A program made the translations under genes and the position numbers. Shown one piece after another: positions 59,729-64,000 of a DNA stretch of 64,000 nucleotides; position 1 is the first letter of the stretch; each line of letters begins with the position of its first letter. The DNA is taken from NCBI RefSeq assembly GCF_016433145.1, contig NC_058130.1, forward strand, positions 524,258,157-524,322,156. Reading direction: 5' to 3'. The notes under the pieces are model-generated. The model was not told the DNA's origin. It worked only from the letters and a program-made list of their open reading frames with translations, and did no database searches. The stretch is from Gracilinanus agilis (Eukaryota).

Positions 59729-62490
59729 TGTAATGTCTCTAGGTCATCCACTCTTCAATTATGGTGATGTTTGTCATCAGAAATTCCCAAAGGCTACAAA
59801 GAGCAGAGTCAGGCTGAGGTTAGACTCTCCCCCCATGTCATTTGCTTAAAGAATGAGCTGTCTATTGCTTCAGAAACATAGAGAATATAGCTTGAGTGGA
59901 AAGGAGACTTTATAATGCATTAAACTAAGCCTTGCCAAAAATAACAAACCACTGGCACCATCTTAATATCTAAAGGGCAGTTTCATCATACAGTAAAAAA
60001 TAGTCCTTCTAGAATTTGAAGTTCATATTTTTCCCACCCATAATTAAATCCCTTGGAAAGTTTCTGCCATTTCTTAACACTCATAGCAATATTAGCCATC
60101 TGCATGCTTTGGAGGATAAAGAGAACAGTATTTGAAATTTAGTCTGGCATTTGCTAAATGCCTACTGTGTGCAGGGTATTTCATTTAGTTCTGGGGAGAG
60201 GCACTGGACCTGTGAATTCACTAGAATAAAGGGTTCCTGGATGAAGAAATTCCCCTGACCAATGTAGGCCAGCATTTTCTCTGCAGTTCAGTCTCAGACA
60301 ACCTCCCAGAGCACCAAGAAGTGAAGTGATTTCTTCAGGATCACACAGTATGTGTCAGAGTTGGACACAAAGTTCCAAGGACACACAAATGGAAAATGAC
60401 AGTTGCTACCTTCAAAGGGCCTGTCATCTAGTGGGAGATAAGATGTGCACACAAATAACTACAGAATAAGCAAAAAGGTGAAAAGAAAAATGAAATAGAC
60501 ATGAAGGATTTGGGGAAGAAAGGATCGTTTCTAGTTGGAGGGAGAGGTTAGGGGAGGTCAGAAAAGGCTTCAGAAAGGAAGTGCGAATATTGAAATTCTT
60601 GATGAGTACCCTTTAGATACAACACTCTTATTCTTTTGGATTTTGAGAATATGTTGTATGAGGTTATTCTGTCTAGAGATATTAGTTATATGATATGCAT
60701 CAGCATTATCACTCAAAATATTATTCAATTCAATAAATGTGTATTAAGCACCTATTAGGTACTAGGCACCATAGTAACTGTTGGGGAGACAAAAACAGAC
60801 AAAAGACACCCCCTGCTCTTAATAGGGAGGGGCAGCTAGGTGGCATAGAAGATACAAGAGAGAGGATCTAGGCTCAAATGCAGCTTCAAACACTTTCTAG
60901 TTATGTGTAATCTGGGCAAGTCACTTAACTTTGATTGCCTACCCCTTGCCTCCTTCTATCTTAGAATTGATATTAAGATGTGATCATATGACTTTAGAAA
61001 ACTTATGTGGAAATTTGTTATTAAAATTTAAAAAAATTAAGATATTCTATTTCCTAAAAGGAAAAAAAAGAATTGCTATTAAGACTAAAGGTAAGGTCTT
61101 TTTAAAAAAGAAGACTGCAATGGTAGAAGGAGGCTAGGTTATGAAGTACTTTGAATGCCAAACAAAGCATTTTATTTTAAGAAAGAGACGGCACCCTTCC
61201 TTGGGGATAATACCATTGTTGGTCATAGGAGCAATTAGTTGATAATACAATGTAGGTAAGCTACTAAAATTAGGATCTGTATTAAAGAGATGAAAGACTT
61301 AATTTTCTTAGTTCCTGTCCTTTATGTAATTTTACTTTAACTTGTCATTGTCTAGAAATAATTTTCTATTATTGTTTTAGTACTCACTGGATGTCTATCC
61401 TCTTGTCTATTAACCTTTTGATCCTATGCTTGCAATCTTTGAAAATTTCCTATGAAAGTTGCCTTTCTTATTGGCATAATTATATCTATTAAGTAGGAAT
61501 AAAACTTGACACAAATCAACTCAATATTTGAAAAGAAAAAAAAAGATGATGTCTCAGATGGAAATTCTGTTTCTCTGATTAAAAAAACCCACTCTTCCCA
61601 TAGTCATCATCAGACCTTGATTTTTGTTTCCACTATCAAAATCATACATTGCAGCAAGGCAATTTTATCAGTTTCTTGTTTCATTTAATTTTGTTTTAGA
61701 ATGAGGATGTTTCATGCTCATGTATTTAATCTTCCACATGTGTAAGCAGTATTGACTCTGAGACTGGCATTTGAGGGATACACCAAATGAAATATCTGCA
61801 TCTCAATTGCAGGCCTAGAATCTCATTTCCTTGAGGAGAGAGAAAATCCATTCTCCTTTATACTCTCAATTCCAAAGTGCATCAGTGTTCTCCTTAGGAC
61901 TATTCAATTAGGATGGCAAGAAGAATTTGGTCTCATCATTATTATTTATTAGTTAAGTTTGAATTTAAAAACAAATGGTGTACAATACCTAAGACCTTGT
62001 TGGCTCTAGCCCAAATGGTAGAGGTAATACATGAAGTACATCCAAGTGAGGAGGAGGAGAAAGAGGTGAAATGATTATGGAGGAAAAGGAAGGTCACAAT
62101 AGGAAGATTATCTCCCTTTCAAAATCAACAAATAAGATTGGGAGACCATTTTTGTGTGGAGGATCTCAATCTCAAATGTTTAAACTCTAGTCCCACTTGA
62201 ATCAAAATTAAGAGTTTGTTATTTCTACTAATTTCAATGATTGGGGGTTATTTTTCATGATAAATATCTATTTATTACTATAACTTCATAGGGAAGTAAA
62301 GGATTTAATAGATAAAACTGAAGTCTAGAGGTAAACCAAGACAATCAGTAACACAAAGCCTTGGACTCTCAGGAAGTCAAGATTGATTGTTATACAAAGT
62401 AAATAATAAGATAATACCTTTAAATATACAAAATATTATTTTCTGTTAAGATGATTAATTCCATTAATATCCATTAAGATAACTACCAAC

Positions 62491-62643
62491 CTTGGATGCT
62501 ACAAATGGAGTTCACTTGAGTGGCAGAATCCAATTCATCTAATATAACTGGGCCAGTCAGTTCAGAGGTGTCAGCACTATCAGCCGTGCACAAAAAGGGC
62601 TTTTGAAGCATGAGCACAGTTCGTTCAACGCAAATAATCCTAC
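62491..62643 (-). CDS. SPIDR: SPIDR exon ((G)RIICVERTVLMLQKPFLCTADSADTSELTGPVILDELDSATQVNSICSIQ(G)), 153 nt
   Basis: Acceptor tgtttctgttggcag, donor GTTGGT; matches human GRIVCAERTVLLLQKPLL...ELPGPVMLDSLDSATPVNSICSVQG; phase 1/1. Confidence 0.95.
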
Positions 62644-63639
62644 CTGCCAACAGAAACACTGAAGATTATTAAAGCAATGAAGAAAAAAGTTAATTATTCA
62701 TGCCAATGAAGACAATGCCCTTTTCCAATTACTTTGAGTCATAAGAGAAAGCTCAGTCATGTGTCAGGTTTATTCCAACAGATTGTCTCCAATGAAATGT
62801 GCATTGTGTTATGGGTAAGCCCCAAGGCCTCTTAGCAAATACATTATACTAGGTTAAAAAAAGAAAAGCCAAGCAAACACTGGAATCAAACACCATTCAG
62901 GAAGGATTTTAGCTTGATCCCTGGAAAAATAGGCTGACTGACTCAAGCTTACACATTTATAATTTCTTACAATTTCTTGTTTTCAAAAGGGTTCTTTGAG
63001 AAGCAACTTTAGGTAATCTGGATCTCCATGTCAAGGTGGTTAAAATGAGCCCAACTATAAGGGACTAACCAGTGCCTGTCAGAGAGGGGACACCAAGACA
63101 AAAGGAGGGTGTGTTACTTCTTCCGAGGCCACTGGCTGTGACTTCCATTGAGACTGGGTAATGGACCTCTCTTCAGCCAGCTCTGAGTGTAAACCATTGG
63201 TGGTCCTAAGAGCTTCCAAGGGCTAGCTTGTGAACTCATCTCAGCAAGGCTGGAGCAGCAGAATGCAACATGAGATGCAGCTCTTAACGGCAATGTAAAA
63301 CTATAGTGGACAACATCTCCCCCCCATAAAAAAATTGGGTCAGAACCTGATAGTTTATTTAGACCCTGAACACAGATAAGTAAGTTTTTCATGCCTGATC
63401 AAGGGGAGGGGACATGTGCAGAGAGAAGTAGCCCCCACTCATTACAGAACAACCCTTCAAGAAGTCACCATCATCTCAGAGGTCACAAAGACAGGTTATT
63501 AGGACAACAGTCTCCACTATCATAAAATAGAGACTTAATACCTCTGTATCTTAGACCTGGGAAAATCTGGAAGGCACCGAGAATCATTTCTTAACTAACT
63601 GTAGTCTGCCCATCTCTGAGCTCAACCCATGACTAATAC

Positions 63640-63841
63640 CATTTTCTTGAAGGACATCCTTGAAGAAGATAGTATGTGATGTGGCATCGGTGAGGGCTTC
63701 CATAACTTCAGGAGTGATGACGCATGATGAGGTCACACACACAGGCACAGTCTTTGGGAGGTCACCATTTTCCAGTTGCAGTGTGGCATCGGTCACCATC
63801 AGCCAAATTTCTCTTTGGTCCAGAGGAAGAGTACTTTTTAA
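63640..63841 (-). CDS. SPIDR: SPIDR exon (LKSTLPLDQREIWLMVTDATLQLENGDLPKTVPVCVTSSCVITPEVMEALTDATSHTIFFKDVLQEN(G)), 202 nt; upstream exons lie outside the window
   Basis: Acceptor cttttgaattcatag, donor GTATTA; matches human LKSLLLLEQREIWLLVTDVTLQ...LPKTLLVYV...EVLEALAGAAPHSLFFKDAL; phase 0/1. Confidence 0.95.
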
Positions 63842-64000
63842 CTATGAATTCAAAAGAGAGTAGAGTCTCTTTACCTTAAAAGCTATGCTTGTATCCAGGA
63901 CAAAATAGAATATTAGACTACTATTATTACTACCAGAAAAAGGAGAATCCTATTTTGCCCAATATTTTTCAAACATCATTGATAGGAGGCTACAAGTAAC

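Overview
Marsupial genomic DNA, most likely a didelphid opossum (inferred from many SINE1_Mdo/Opo-1-like SINEs, RTE remnants and Charlie-type hAT MITEs). Two genes face each other tail to tail. (1) Intronless CEBPD (+, 22676..23734, 352 aa) in a CpG island, with a recognisable TAGAAAA/CRE/Sp1 promoter and a conserved 3'UTR. (2) The last six coding exons of SPIDR (-, 63841 down to 26218). I assembled these by hand; all have GT-AG boundaries and compatible phases and give 249 C-terminal aa plus stop. The ORF track shows them only in part. The rest is mostly repeats: a deleted ERV with a gag capsid remnant, L1, L2/MIR, RTE, SINEs, hAT MITEs and simple repeats, plus three N gaps. The most interesting signal is a possible CEBPA/CEBPB-like translational control layout at the CEBPD 5' end: a 3-codon uORF in frame with the CDS, a weak first AUG, an out-of-frame AUG between the first and second in-frame AUGs, and a retained MEPANFYE motif. 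Also notable are candidate STAT/NF-kB/C/EBP enhancer modules and orphan CpG-rich patches inside the SPIDR last intron, and a perfect 25-bp inverted repeat at a SINE tail. Repeat family names are from memory of consensus sequences and repeat boundaries are approximate. No database search was run.
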